Shown here in pieces: positions 9,512 through 18,394 of a stretch of DNA of 32,000 nucleotides. Positions within the stretch are counted from its first letter, which is position 1. Each line of letters begins with the position of its first letter. The stretch covers positions 2,070,001 to 2,102,000 of the forward strand of contig NC_002937.3 in the NCBI RefSeq assembly GCF_000195755.1, in the 5' to 3' direction. The stretch is from Nitratidesulfovibrio vulgaris str. Hildenborough. Its GTDB lineage: Bacteria > Desulfobacterota > Desulfovibrionia > Desulfovibrionales > Desulfovibrionaceae. Below the pieces are notes generated by a model. That model saw only the letters and a list, made by a program, of their open reading frames with translations, was not told the origin of the DNA and ran no database searches. A program made the position numbers and the translations under genes.

Positions 9512-11704
9512 ATGAAACACCTTTTCAAAGAGCTTGCCGAAGACGCAACGTCTCCCCAGATGGTTCCCGCTCTTGCCCTCGGGCTTGTCATCGGCGTGCT
9601 GCTTGTCGTGATTGGCGTCTCCTTTGCAGCCATGATCTTTTCCGGGCCGCTGGCGCCACTTGCAACCCGCGGTGCTGGACTCACCCTTTTCGGCGCGGCA
9701 TCTCTATGCGGTTTTCTGGCTGTTTCCAGCTCGTTCCGATCAGCCATATCAACACCACAAGACGCCCCCGTAGCCGTTCTGGCCACCATGGGCGTGCCGG
9801 TCGTAGCAGCCATGGGCATGTCGGACCCCAATGCCACATTCGCCACAATGCTCGCCGCCATGAGCATTGCCACCCTCGCCACAGGTATCGCGCTGATGGC
9901 CATAGGGCACTTCCGGCTCACCAGATTTTTCCGCTTCATGCCCTATCCGGTTGTAGGCGGATTCCTCGCTGGCGGTGGCTGGATGCTCGTCAAAGGGGGC
10001 ATCTCCGTGATGAGTTCCCTATCGCTGAATGTTGAAAGCCTGCCAATGCTTTTTGAAAGCGTACATATCTGGAAGTGGAGCCCCGGAGTCCTGTATGCCA
10101 TTTCGCTATGGCTGGTACTCAAACGATGGTCGCACTTTCTGATTCTGCCCTGTTCCATCGTGATGGTCACAGCAGCCTACTACGTGGCCTTTCACATCCT
10201 CGCCATATCCTTGGCCGATGCCCGCGCGGCAGGCATTCTTCTTTCTGGGGTTCCGTCATCGGGCCTCTGGCCCGCCTTCTCCATTTCCGACCTGCAGACT
10301 GTGCGTTGGGATATCGTGTTTGACCAGACGCCCATCATGTTCACGGTGGTGCTCGTAACCATGATGGGACTGCTGTTGAACATAAGCGGTCTGGAACTGG
10401 GGAGCGGTACGGATATCGATTTCGACCGTGAATTCCGCAATGCCGGACTTGCCAATACTCTGGGCGGGCTTGGCGGAAGCGCTCCCGGCTCGCACACGCT
10501 CTCCCTCTCACTGCTATGCAGCTCAAGCGGGGCTTACACTCGCTTGGCGGGCATTATCACTGCCAGCGTTATCGCCGCGGTGCTTTTCATGGGCGGCAGT
10601 GTGCTTGAATACTTTCCCCTGCCGGTTCTGGGCGGACTGCTGGTGTTCTTGGGCATAGACATAATGGACAGCTGGCTCCGTGCCACGCGTCGCAGACTCC
10701 CCCTCTCCGACTATCTTGTTCTGTGTGTCATCTTTCTTGTCATCTGCTTTTCGGGGTTTCTTGAAGGCGTCGCTGTCGGTCTCGTCATCACGGTTGTGCT
10801 GTTCATAATCCGCCTAAGCAAAGTCGACATCATCCACGACAGCTTTACCGGCCTCACTCTTCACAGCAGGGTGAACCGCTCCATTCCACAGCGGACGATT
10901 CTCCAGCAGCATGGGGAACGCATCCGCGGTTACAGATTGAGCGGCTACCTGTTCTTTGGCTCTGCCTCCCTTCTGGTCGAAACCCTGAAGCAGGAACTGC
11001 GCAAGACTCCGCAGCCATGGTGTATCCTTCTGGATTTCAAAAATGTTTCAGGATTTGACATATCCGCAGCCAACGCCTTCCAGCGATTCATCTCCTCAGC
11101 GCACGCCGAGCACGTACGCATCGTACTTACCGAGACCTCTCCCCGCTTCATTTCCATGCTCCAACGGATTCTGCCAATAGAGAGCATAGACAATCTGGTG
11201 ACGGCACAGGATATTGACCGAGGTCTGGAGGCATGTGAAGAAGCCATACTGACCGAATATACAGAGCGGACTGCGCAACAGGCAAACGCTGCGGATATGC
11301 TGTTCGAACAATCCGTCGATGATATGATGGCCCATCTCGACCGGCAGATTCTCTTTGAAGCACTCGTAGAAGAGTTGCGTCCGTGGGTGCAAGAATGCCA
11401 CTACGAAGGCGAAACGCTCCTCGTAGAGAAAGGGAAGACGCAGCAGGGGTTGCAGATGCTCGTATGGGGCTCTGCAACGGCAACGGACGGGGATGGAGGA
11501 ACCCGCTTGGCCCACCTCCGCGCCGGTGACGTGCTTGTACCGCAGGCGGCCTTCGCCCCATTCGTCGCCAGAGAACACATCATGGCCGACAGCCCATGCC
11601 GTACGGTCCTGCTCACCGCGCAGGCAAGACTCCTTATGGAACAGGAGAATCCTGACCTTGCCCTGCGCCTTGACCGATACGTCATCTCTTCATGGAAGGC
11701 CTAG
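9512..11704 (+). CDS. SulP-family anion transporter with C-terminal STAS and cyclic-nucleotide-binding-like domains
   Basis: ORF 9485..11704. The ATG at 9512 has GGAGAAAA (9500-9507) upstream, whereas 9485 has no SD. There is a polytopic membrane N-terminal two thirds, then STAS (YRLSGYLFFGSASLL ... DFKNVSGFDISAANAF), then a cNMP-binding-like segment (GETLLVEKGKTQQGLQMLVWG ... LRAGDVL). Confidence 0.85.
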   Translation: MKHLFKELAEDATSPQMVPALALGLVIGVLLVVIGVSFAAMIFSGPLAPLATRGAGLTLFGAASLCGFLAVSSSFRSAISTPQDAPVAVLATMGVPVVAAMGMSDPNATFATMLAAMSIATLATGIALMAIGHFRLTRFFRFMPYPVVGGFLAGGGWMLVKGGISVMSSLSLNVESLPMLFESVHIWKWSPGVLYAISLWLVLKRWSHFLILPCSIVMVTAAYYVAFHILAISLADARAAGILLSGVPSSGLWPAFSISDLQTVRWDIVFDQTPIMFTVVLVTMMGLLLNISGLELGSGTDIDFDREFRNAGLANTLGGLGGSAPGSHTLSLSLLCSSSGAYTRLAGIITASVIAAVLFMGGSVLEYFPLPVLGGLLVFLGIDIMDSWLRATRRRLPLSDYLVLCVIFLVICFSGFLEGVAVGLVITVVLFIIRLSKVDIIHDSFTGLTLHSRVNRSIPQRTILQQHGERIRGYRLSGYLFFGSASLLVETLKQELRKTPQPWCILLDFKNVSGFDISAANAFQRFISSAHAEHVRIVLTETSPRFISMLQRILPIESIDNLVTAQDIDRGLEACEEAILTEYTERTAQQANAADMLFEQSVDDMMAHLDRQILFEALVEELRPWVQECHYEGETLLVEKGKTQQGLQMLVWGSATATDGDGGTRLAHLRAGDVLVPQAAFAPFVAREHIMADSPCRTVLLTAQARLLMEQENPDLALRLDRYVISSWKA

Positions 11705-12528
11705 ACCCGACAGTGAGCCGCCAGTTCAAGTCGAAGGCCTTGATTGCGACTTGTCGTCTATTACAGGTACGTGCGCGTGGTTAGTGGATTCAGATAAAGA
11801 CGCATGATCGCAGTCTGCTTTCCACAGAAATATGGGGCGGAGGCTTACCGCACCTAAACGTGGCCATGTATAGCTTGATAGCACCCTCGACAGGGTTTTC
11901 AGGTGCGGACCAACTGTGGAGGGCACCCTCGTCCAGTGACCTGCTGGCCGAATCGGCGCCGGGACCAGACACCCTTGAGTTGGCCCCATACGCTGGCAGT
12001 GAAAACGTCGGCATTGCCCGCCCCTATCCGGACGGCGCAACCTCGGCATCGAACTGTCCAAGGATTATAACCAGAGACCCTACGAATGGCTCGCTGCCTA
12101 CCGGCAGACGATCGGAAGCGAGGGCACAAAAGAATTCCCTGAAGGCAACACCCTCGGGGGCTTCTACGATAGCCGACTTCGCGCACGCGCTCGCAACGCT
12201 TATGCCTGTCACGCAAGTCGAGAAAACAGCTTTCTCAACTTTGTGCCCCCCACAACTGGCAGATGCGTTGTCGGAATCGAGCTTTCCGCCGGGTACCATG
12301 CAAGGGCATCGCCCCCCTCGCCGAAGCCGCCCAAATCATGGCCGGAGACAGGCCCAAAACGAAGCCCCCGGCAGACCATCCTACCGGGAGCTTCTTGCCG
12401 TATGTTCCTTGTGCCAATTCGCCCGCCACACAATGTCAAAGCGTTCGCGCACGTCCAGGCTTGCGTGACGCATTTTCTCAACTGGGGTGACACCCCACAC
12501 CTATAATCACCACCGCTGAAAGATTACT

Positions 12529-12552
12529 AGCCCCCCGCATAGCGGGGGGGCT
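12529..12552. terminator. GC-rich hairpin, possible terminator or RNA structure
   Basis: gccccccgc-ata-gcgggggggc: 8 contiguous G:C/C:G pairs with a 3-nt loop. There is no clear U tract on either strand. Confidence 0.3.
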
Positions 12553-12563
12553 ACATACACAAC

Positions 12564-12594
12564 AAAAAGCGCGCATGGAATATTCCATGCGCGC
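12564..12594 (-). terminator. rho-independent terminator downstream of the tRNA-fMet remnant
   Basis: A perfect 26-nt palindrome GCGCGCATGGAATATTCCATGCGCGC (12569-12594) is followed on the minus strand by TTTTT (12564-12568). It starts 10 nt past the tRNA CCA end. Confidence 0.75.
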
Positions 12595-12604
12595 TTGCGT
12601 TTAC

Positions 12605-12649
<45 letters not shown>

Positions 12650-12852
12650 TTTATTAGTCCATACTTTTCCCTAACTTTCCCGACCCATCACAGATCTCCA
12701 CTTTTATACAGTAAGATTGCAATTTTAAATAATAAATCCTCAAATTAAACCTCCCCAAACCTTCCCGAACTTTCGCATTGTCACCCCGTAAAAGGTGGGG
12801 CTATAGTGGGGCTGCAAATTCTCTCACTGAAACATGCCACACAGAGGCCCCC

Positions 12853-14039
12853 ATGACTACGATGACTTCCACCAGCTACCGTGGCGTTCGCTACCGGGAA
12901 AGCCAAACCCGCAAACATGGGTCAAAACCAGACCGCTACTTCTTCATACGGTACAAAACCGATGGCAAATCAAAAGAAGAAGGTGCCGGATGGGCATCCG
13001 AGGGCATGACAAGCCAGAAGGCCTCTCAGCTGCGGGCCAGAATCACTGAAAACATCAGGCTTGGACGACGCCCCCAGTCTCTTGCCGAAATGCGCGAGAT
13101 GATGCGAGAGGCCCGCGAACAGGCAGCGATCGAAGAACGACGTGCTGCCAATGCAGCTACGACCATGAACGAATTCTGGGAAAAGCACTATCTGCCTTCA
13201 TCAACCCTGCACAAGACACCGCAGACGATGAAAACGGAATCTGGCTACTACGCAAAATGGATCAGGCCAGTCCTTGGAGATTCCGCCCTCAGCGACCTTA
13301 CCCCACCCTAATTGAGCAGGTGGCCAGCAATGCCATGACAGCAGGGCGCAGTGCAGCTACCATCCGCCACTTGCTGGCCATTATCTCCCAGATCTGGGGC
13401 ATGGCCCGCAACCATGAAATCGTCAACGGAGAGTGCCCCTGCACCCGCATCAAAAAACCTCGCAAAGACAACAGACGGATGCGTTTCTTGACTGAAGCCG
13501 AAGCGAGCACCCTACTCGTTGAGCTAGAAAAAAGATCAAAGGACACTCACGACAGCGCCCTACTATCGCTCTTCTGCGGCCTCAGAGCAGGGGAAATCCA
13601 CTCGCTCACCTGGACGGACCTCAACTTCACCTCGGGAACTATCTACATCCGTGACCCTAAAAACAAGCATAGCCGCCATGCCTACATGACTGATGAAGTC
13701 AGATCGATGCTCATAGAGAGATCCAAACAGTTAAACGCTACCGAATACGTTTTTCCGGCTCAAAACGGAGCAAAGCGCAACTGGGTTTCTGACACCTTCG
13801 AGCGCGTCGTCGACCAACTTGGCCTCAACGACGGGATCACCGACTCCAGACAACGTGTGGTGTTTCACACTCTTCGCCACACTTTTGCCAGCTGGCTCGT
13901 TCAAGACGGGACACCGCTGTATACCGTCGCCGAACTCATGGGGCATACAACGCTCGAGATGACTAAGCGTTATTCACATCTTAGCCCCGACACGGTCAGG
14001 GCTGCAGCATTAACACTTCAAGGCAGACTCAACAGATAG
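12853..14039 (+). pseudogene. int: tyrosine recombinase / phage-type integrase, split by a frameshift near 13301-13310
   Basis: ORF 12778..13311 (ATG at 12853 after AGAGG) encodes the N-terminal DNA-binding and core-binding part (SYRGVRYRES...WIRPVLGDSALSDLTPP*). ORF 13257..14039 in another frame continues ...LIEQVASN... into the catalytic domain (LFCGLRAGEI, HTLRHTFASW, GHTTLEMTKRYSH). Confidence 0.85.
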
Positions 14040-14660
14040 CCTACTGACAATATCCACTCTCTTCTTTACAGTACAACATCACCATAATGGAGTACGAACA
14101 CCAAAGTAAACAGTGCAAGGCATCCCTTGACGCAACACAGATTTTGGCAGCTCCATGTCTGGCTTGAGCAATACTGGCACTACAAGCATCGGTGCAGAAA
14201 ATGAAGAATGCAAAGCCACTGGTATACGTTGCGTTATGCCTGCGACACTGAAAACTGTCAGAGGAACTGAAACGCCTTCCGCAAATTGCCCATACGCCTT
14301 TGCCCCGACGCGTACTCGCAGCATGTCGGCTGGTGCAATGTATGCTGTGATATATCCTGGCCCTTCGACTGCAAGAGTCAGGAGAGGAGCCCCTTGTGTC
14401 GCGACCTCGCTCTAACCAGCGTTTTTTTCAAACACAAAACTCTAGGAGTTGCTTCACGTCGCTACGAAGCCAGAGAAGCAAAGGTCGGCCGTGCATTAGC
14501 GAAGACAATCAAGAGTGATTACTTTGGCGCAAACTCTCCTATAACGCACAAACCGTCCTCGGACATGCCCGAGGAATCGAAGACTACAGCGGAAACGTCC
14601 ATACGAAGGCATGCTGTGAAATCGCCCGATAATTCAAACACATGCCCCCCACCCAAGCTG

Positions 14661-14855
14661 CTATGGCCGACATACACCACAAGGCCTGAAGCCCTGTCGC
14701 ACAGCCTCTTCTCTCGACGGCAACTCTATAATGCAATTAGGGCACTGGTAGTCTTTACAGCGAGGATGATGAAAAACCTTACTTCTCTGGTTACCATGGT
14801 AAACGAGTTTCCCTGACGAGACAGCCACTGCCGGACTTCCTCCAGTAGCAGACAC
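14661..14855 (-). CDS. small Cys/His-rich metal-binding-type protein (Ada Zn-binding-like / sunset-type motif)
   Basis: 64-aa ORF ending ...YHGNQRSKVFHHPRCKDYQCPNCIIELPSREEAVRQGFRPCGVCRP. This matches the recurrent ..FH.P.C......F.S.EEA...G..PC..C.P pattern. The start codon is uncertain. Confidence 0.4.
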   Translation of the reverse strand: MSATGGSPAVAVSSGKLVYHGNQRSKVFHHPRCKDYQCPNCIIELPSREEAVRQGFRPCGVCRP

Positions 14856-16238
14856 TGTGGACGGACTCCGCTTGTCCCTACGCCAATCCCAAGGCGGAAC
14901 AGGCTCTTTGTCATTCCAAAGACCTACACCCCCGTTCTTAGCGGCAGCCTCTAGCAGCCCGTTGATTTATTCATGATCAACACCGCTCGACGGCAATCTG
15001 AGTTCCGACGAATTCTTGGCCAGTCTCGCTCTTCATCTCAACCAAAATTATCGAAACGACCATCCGTCCCCAAACAATAATAAAAATTTGCGCTGAATTG
15101 AGGTAAAAATACCCCTTCGGGGTCCCGAAACCTATCAACTGACGCATTAGCAGGCCGAGATTGAACCCGGCCACACACAGGAGGTATCGTTTGTGGACGT
15201 TTTCCTGCCCTCGAAGGTGCGTTCTCCGCATACCTCCACGATCGAGCACATGCTGGAAACTTCGTTCGACCAATTCCGTTCGTCGCTTTGCCAGTTCGCG
15301 CCCTTTGGCTGACTTCAACCGGGCGCGGTTGTTGTAAACGGCCCGCCGCGCCTCGTGGTCACCTTTCCAGTTGAGCAGACCGTTCGCTTTCGGCACGGCG
15401 ATCCTCGTCCTCCAAACTCCGCCATCCAGTTCTTTCACTACTTCCCGGGAATGGTAGCCCTTGTCCGCGATGACTTCCGTTGGAGCCGTGGTAATCGGCG
15501 TACAACCGATGTCGGAAAGATTCTTCCTGGCGGATTCCAGCGTCTTGCCGATCGTCGTCGTATCCCCTTGGTCGGCCTTGTGGATGTCGGCGGAAACAAT
15601 CGCTCCGGTGTCCAGATCTACGGCGTGCTCGGGCTTGTAGGCGAGGTGAGTGCGGCTGTCCTTCATCTTGGTGATCCGCGCATCCTCGTCAATCTCCGAC
15701 TTCCAGTCCTTGTTCGAAAGCTTCTTTCCCTTGCGCTTGCGATCCATGCGAGCCAGTTCTTCACGGGTCGGCGTTTTGATCCCACTGTCCTTGGCGATGC
15801 GCTCAAGCATCTGCTGATACGTTTCGCCCGTGTCTCGGCGTACGATCGAGCGCATGGCCGCGTTGGCTTCCATGGTCGAGGCGTCGATGCCAAGACGTTC
15901 CCCAACTACCAGGCCGGACTTGGTCAGTGCCTGCAACACCCATCCGAACACTTCCTGATGAACTTCCAGAGGCAACCTCTGTCGGATTCTGCTCAGGCTG
16001 GAGTGATCAGGTACCCTCTGGGTCAGGGAGAGCCGCAGGAACTTTCGCAGCGACAAGGAGTCGGAACACCGCCACTCAAGCCCGCGCTCGCTCTCGATCC
16101 CTTCAAAATAGCCAACCAAGTGCATCCTGAAATAACGACCTGGAGGAATGGATTTCCTGCCGGGACCAGACGCATAATACGGCTCACAGACCTTCTCGAC
16201 AAAACGGTCAAAGCCGCCCTTGATCAAGACCGACTGCA

Positions 16239-17458
16239 TGTGCTGAGCTAGTTATTACCTGACAGTAGGCCCTTCAAAAGGAAGTGGTCATGCCGTTCCC
16301 GACTGGGGTAGCGATGAGGTTGCGAAGCTTCATCAACCACCAGCAAGGAATCCGACATGACCACAGGCAAGAAGGTAGCACGAAGGAAGTTGAGCCTGCT
16401 AGAGCTTGCAAGCGAACTCGACAACGTGAGCAAGGCGTGCCGCATCATGGGGTATTCGCGGCAGCAGTTCTATGAAATCCGCCGTAATTACCAGACGTTT
16501 GGCGCAGAAGGGCTTGTGGACCGCCTGCCGGGGCCACGAGAACCACACCCGAACCGGGTGGACGAGGCGACAGAGGATAGGATTTTGGCGTACAGCCTTG
16601 AATTTCCGACGCATGGCCCCGTCCGCGTGGCCCAACAGTTGGTTTTGCAAGGTGTTCAGGTCAGTTCCGGGGGCGTGCGGGGTGTCTGGAGCCGCAACGG
16701 GATGCTGACCCGACATGAACGGCTGCTGCGCCTGGAGCGGCATGTGCGTGATACCGGAATCGCCCTGAATGACGACCAGGTTCGCACCTTGGAGCGATTC
16801 AGCCCGGAATTCCGGGAGCGCCATATCGAAACCCGGTGCAGCGGCGATCTGGTGGCCGTGGATACGTTTTTCGTAGGCACGCTGAAGGGCGTGGGGAAAA
16901 TCTATCTGCAATCGGCCATCGACTGCCACAGCCGCTACGCCTTCGGCAGACTGTACACCAGCAAGCTGCCGGTTACGGCGGTACACATGCTCAACGAGTC
17001 CGTGCTGCCCTTTTTCGAGGAGCACGACACGCCGGTCGTCACAGTGCTTTCGGATAATGGCCGGGAATTCTGCGGGCGTCCTGACAGACACCCCTACGAA
17101 CTATTCCTGCAACTGGAAAATATCGAGCACCGGACAACCCGCGTCAGACGTCCGCAAAGCAACGGCTTTGTGGAGCGGCTGCACAGGACATTGCTCGACG
17201 AGCATTTCAGGATTCAGGGGCGAAAAAACTGGTATGAGTCTCTGGATGAAATGCAGGCAGACCTTGACGCCTACTTGCGCCACTATAACCACGAGCGGGC
17301 ACACCAAGGCAGAAACATGAGCGGCCGGACACCCTATCAAGCCTTCCTTGATAGCCGTCCCGAAGGGCAGCCGAAAGAAGACAACGAAGGACACTACGCA
17401 GCCTGATCAGCGCCCCAGCCGGGTACGGCAAGTGTCAGGTGAATACTATCTCTGTACA
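16239..17458 (+). mobile_element. IS481-family insertion sequence (1220 bp) with 7-bp target-site duplication
   Basis: Terminal inverted repeats start with TGT at 16239 and end with ACA at 17458, with about 24 of 32 positions matching. Identical GACTGCA copies flank the element at 16232-16238 and 17459-17465. Confidence 0.85.
16357..17406 (+). CDS. IS481-family transposase (HTH + rve integrase core)
   Basis: 349 aa with an N-terminal HTH (LSLLELASELDNVSKACRIMGYSRQQFYEIRRNY) and a DDE core (LVAVDTF ... VLSDNGREF ... RPQSNGFVERLHRTL ... YNHERAHQG). Confidence 0.9.
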   Translation: MTTGKKVARRKLSLLELASELDNVSKACRIMGYSRQQFYEIRRNYQTFGAEGLVDRLPGPREPHPNRVDEATEDRILAYSLEFPTHGPVRVAQQLVLQGVQVSSGGVRGVWSRNGMLTRHERLLRLERHVRDTGIALNDDQVRTLERFSPEFRERHIETRCSGDLVAVDTFFVGTLKGVGKIYLQSAIDCHSRYAFGRLYTSKLPVTAVHMLNESVLPFFEEHDTPVVTVLSDNGREFCGRPDRHPYELFLQLENIEHRTTRVRRPQSNGFVERLHRTLLDEHFRIQGRKNWYESLDEMQADLDAYLRHYNHERAHQGRNMSGRTPYQAFLDSRPEGQPKEDNEGHYAA

Positions 17459-17681
17459 GACTGCAAGCGGTCATAAAAAACGTGTCCAGGTGAGCGCGGT
17501 AAATCCGCACACATGACAAACACCTGACTCTGGTCATCACTCTGGTTGCCAAGTCCCATAACAGCTCCTTGTTCATGGCAACCTTCTATATTTTTGAGAT
17601 TTTTTCAATATATAAATAGCTTCGTATATAAAAAAATCATTTGTTAAAATTTTGTAAAATGCTTGTCTTGTTTAAAATTTG

Positions 17682-17699
17682 GTCCGCCAACTGACGAAC
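17682..17699 (-). promoter_or_regulatory. candidate bacterial SECIS-like hairpin
   Basis: The minus strand reads GUUCGUC-AGUU-GGCGGAC: 7 bp including two G:U pairs, with loop AGUU. It starts 12 nt after the in-frame UGA, so the apical loop lies 19 nt from the UGA and has G at its second position. Confidence 0.3.
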
Positions 17700-17711
17700 G
17701 TCTGAAAGACA

Positions 17712-17867
17712 TCAGCGACCTTTCGGATTCTTTTCAGCACACTGGCACCCACCAGCCTTTTTTTCGTTCATGATACGTTCAAAAATTGTAGATTTTCCGT
17801 TTTGAATAACATCCTGCTCAATATCGTTGGATGTATAGCCAAAACAATAGCATACGAGTTCTGACAT
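17712..17867 (-). CDS. small BFD-like [2Fe-2S]-binding protein; TGA at 17712-17714 may encode selenocysteine, extending the CDS to 17637
   Basis: Not in the ORF track because it is under 60 aa. The ATG at 17867 follows AAGGAG (plus-strand ctcctt 17876-17881). The product is MSELVCYCFGYTSNDIEQDVIQNGKSTIFERIMNEKKAGGCQCAEKNPKGR-TGA. Reading through gives -CLSDVRQLADQILNKTSILQNFNK, ending at the TGA at 17637-17639. Confidence 0.55.
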   Translation of the reverse strand: MSELVCYCFGYTSNDIEQDVIQNGKSTIFERIMNEKKAGGCQCAEKNPKGR

Positions 17868-17977
17868 AATCAAACTCCTTAAAGAAATTTTCCGATGAAT
17901 GCATGATTTTCTCTGAATGGATTACGGCCAGGATGACGGCGATGTCAATTTTTGGCTCTGACGTCGGAAGGAATTTT

Positions 17978-18394
17978 TCAACACGCTGCTAGGCCTATCC
18001 AGCCTGAGCAGAAACCATCCCGGCAGTAATGGCGGTACACCCACGCCATCCCCTGCCGAATCTGCTCAGCATTGACGTCTAATGATCCCACGTAGAGCCT
18101 TGCCACGACACGCCCATATCGATCGCGGTCCTTCTCTTCGACCCGAACGACCTTACCAAACACCATATTGGCAAGAGACTGTTTTGCTTTCGCACCAAAT
18201 GCCTGAGCGCTTTCTGGCGCGTCAATTCCGTAGAGCCTGATACGGATCTGATCATTATTTTTCGACAACACAGTAACGGTATCACCATCTGCGACACCAA
18301 CAACCTTCCCCTCCCATGCTGATGCATCTTGCGATATCAACAACAAAAAAGAGCTCAAGCATACAAAAAACATGAACACGAATAATCTTTTCAT
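17978..18394 (-). CDS. secreted thermonuclease (staphylococcal nuclease / SNase family)
   Basis: The ATG at 18394 follows GGAG. There is a signal peptide (MKRLFVFMFFVCLSSFLLLISQDASA) and SNase motifs (GDTVTV, RIRLYGIDAPES, DRYGRVVA). Confidence 0.85.
   Translation of the reverse strand: MKRLFVFMFFVCLSSFLLLISQDASAWEGKVVGVADGDTVTVLSKNNDQIRIRLYGIDAPESAQAFGAKAKQSLANMVFGKVVRVEEKDRDRYGRVVARLYVGSLDVNAEQIRQGMAWVYRHYCRDGFCSGWIGLAAC

Larger units (their letters stand above)
14977..17559 (-). pseudogene. IS5-like (InsH-N/DUF772 + DDE) transposase gene interrupted by an IS481-family insertion
   Basis: The main part is 14977..16238 (FDRFVEKVCEPYY..GRKSIPPGRYFRMHLVGYFEGIESERGLEWR...PDHSSLSRIRQRL). Removing 16239..17465 joins it in frame to an N-terminal exon 17459..17559 (ATG at 17559 after AAGGAG). 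The joined protein reads MGLGNQSDDQSQVFVMCADLPRSPGHVFYDRL-QSVLIKGGFDRF, about 451 aa. I could not define the outer IS ends. Confidence 0.8.

Noticed and set aside
11860-12468. 202-aa plus-strand ORF as a real gene
   Set aside because: It is Ser/Pro/Ala/Arg-rich without motifs, is overlapped by several equally long ORFs on the other strand, and has no SD. I treat it as non-coding or decayed.
15355-17091. ORFs 15355..16251 (+, 298 aa) and 16399..17091 (-, 230 aa)
   Set aside because: They are antisense to the IS5-like and IS481 transposase genes, and their composition is typical of shadow frames.
17394-17576. 60-aa minus-strand ORF MNKELLWDLATRV...
   Set aside because: It is in the wrong frame. 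The true N-terminal exon of the interrupted IS5-like transposase is the adjacent frame starting at 17559, which joins in frame after removal of the IS481 element.
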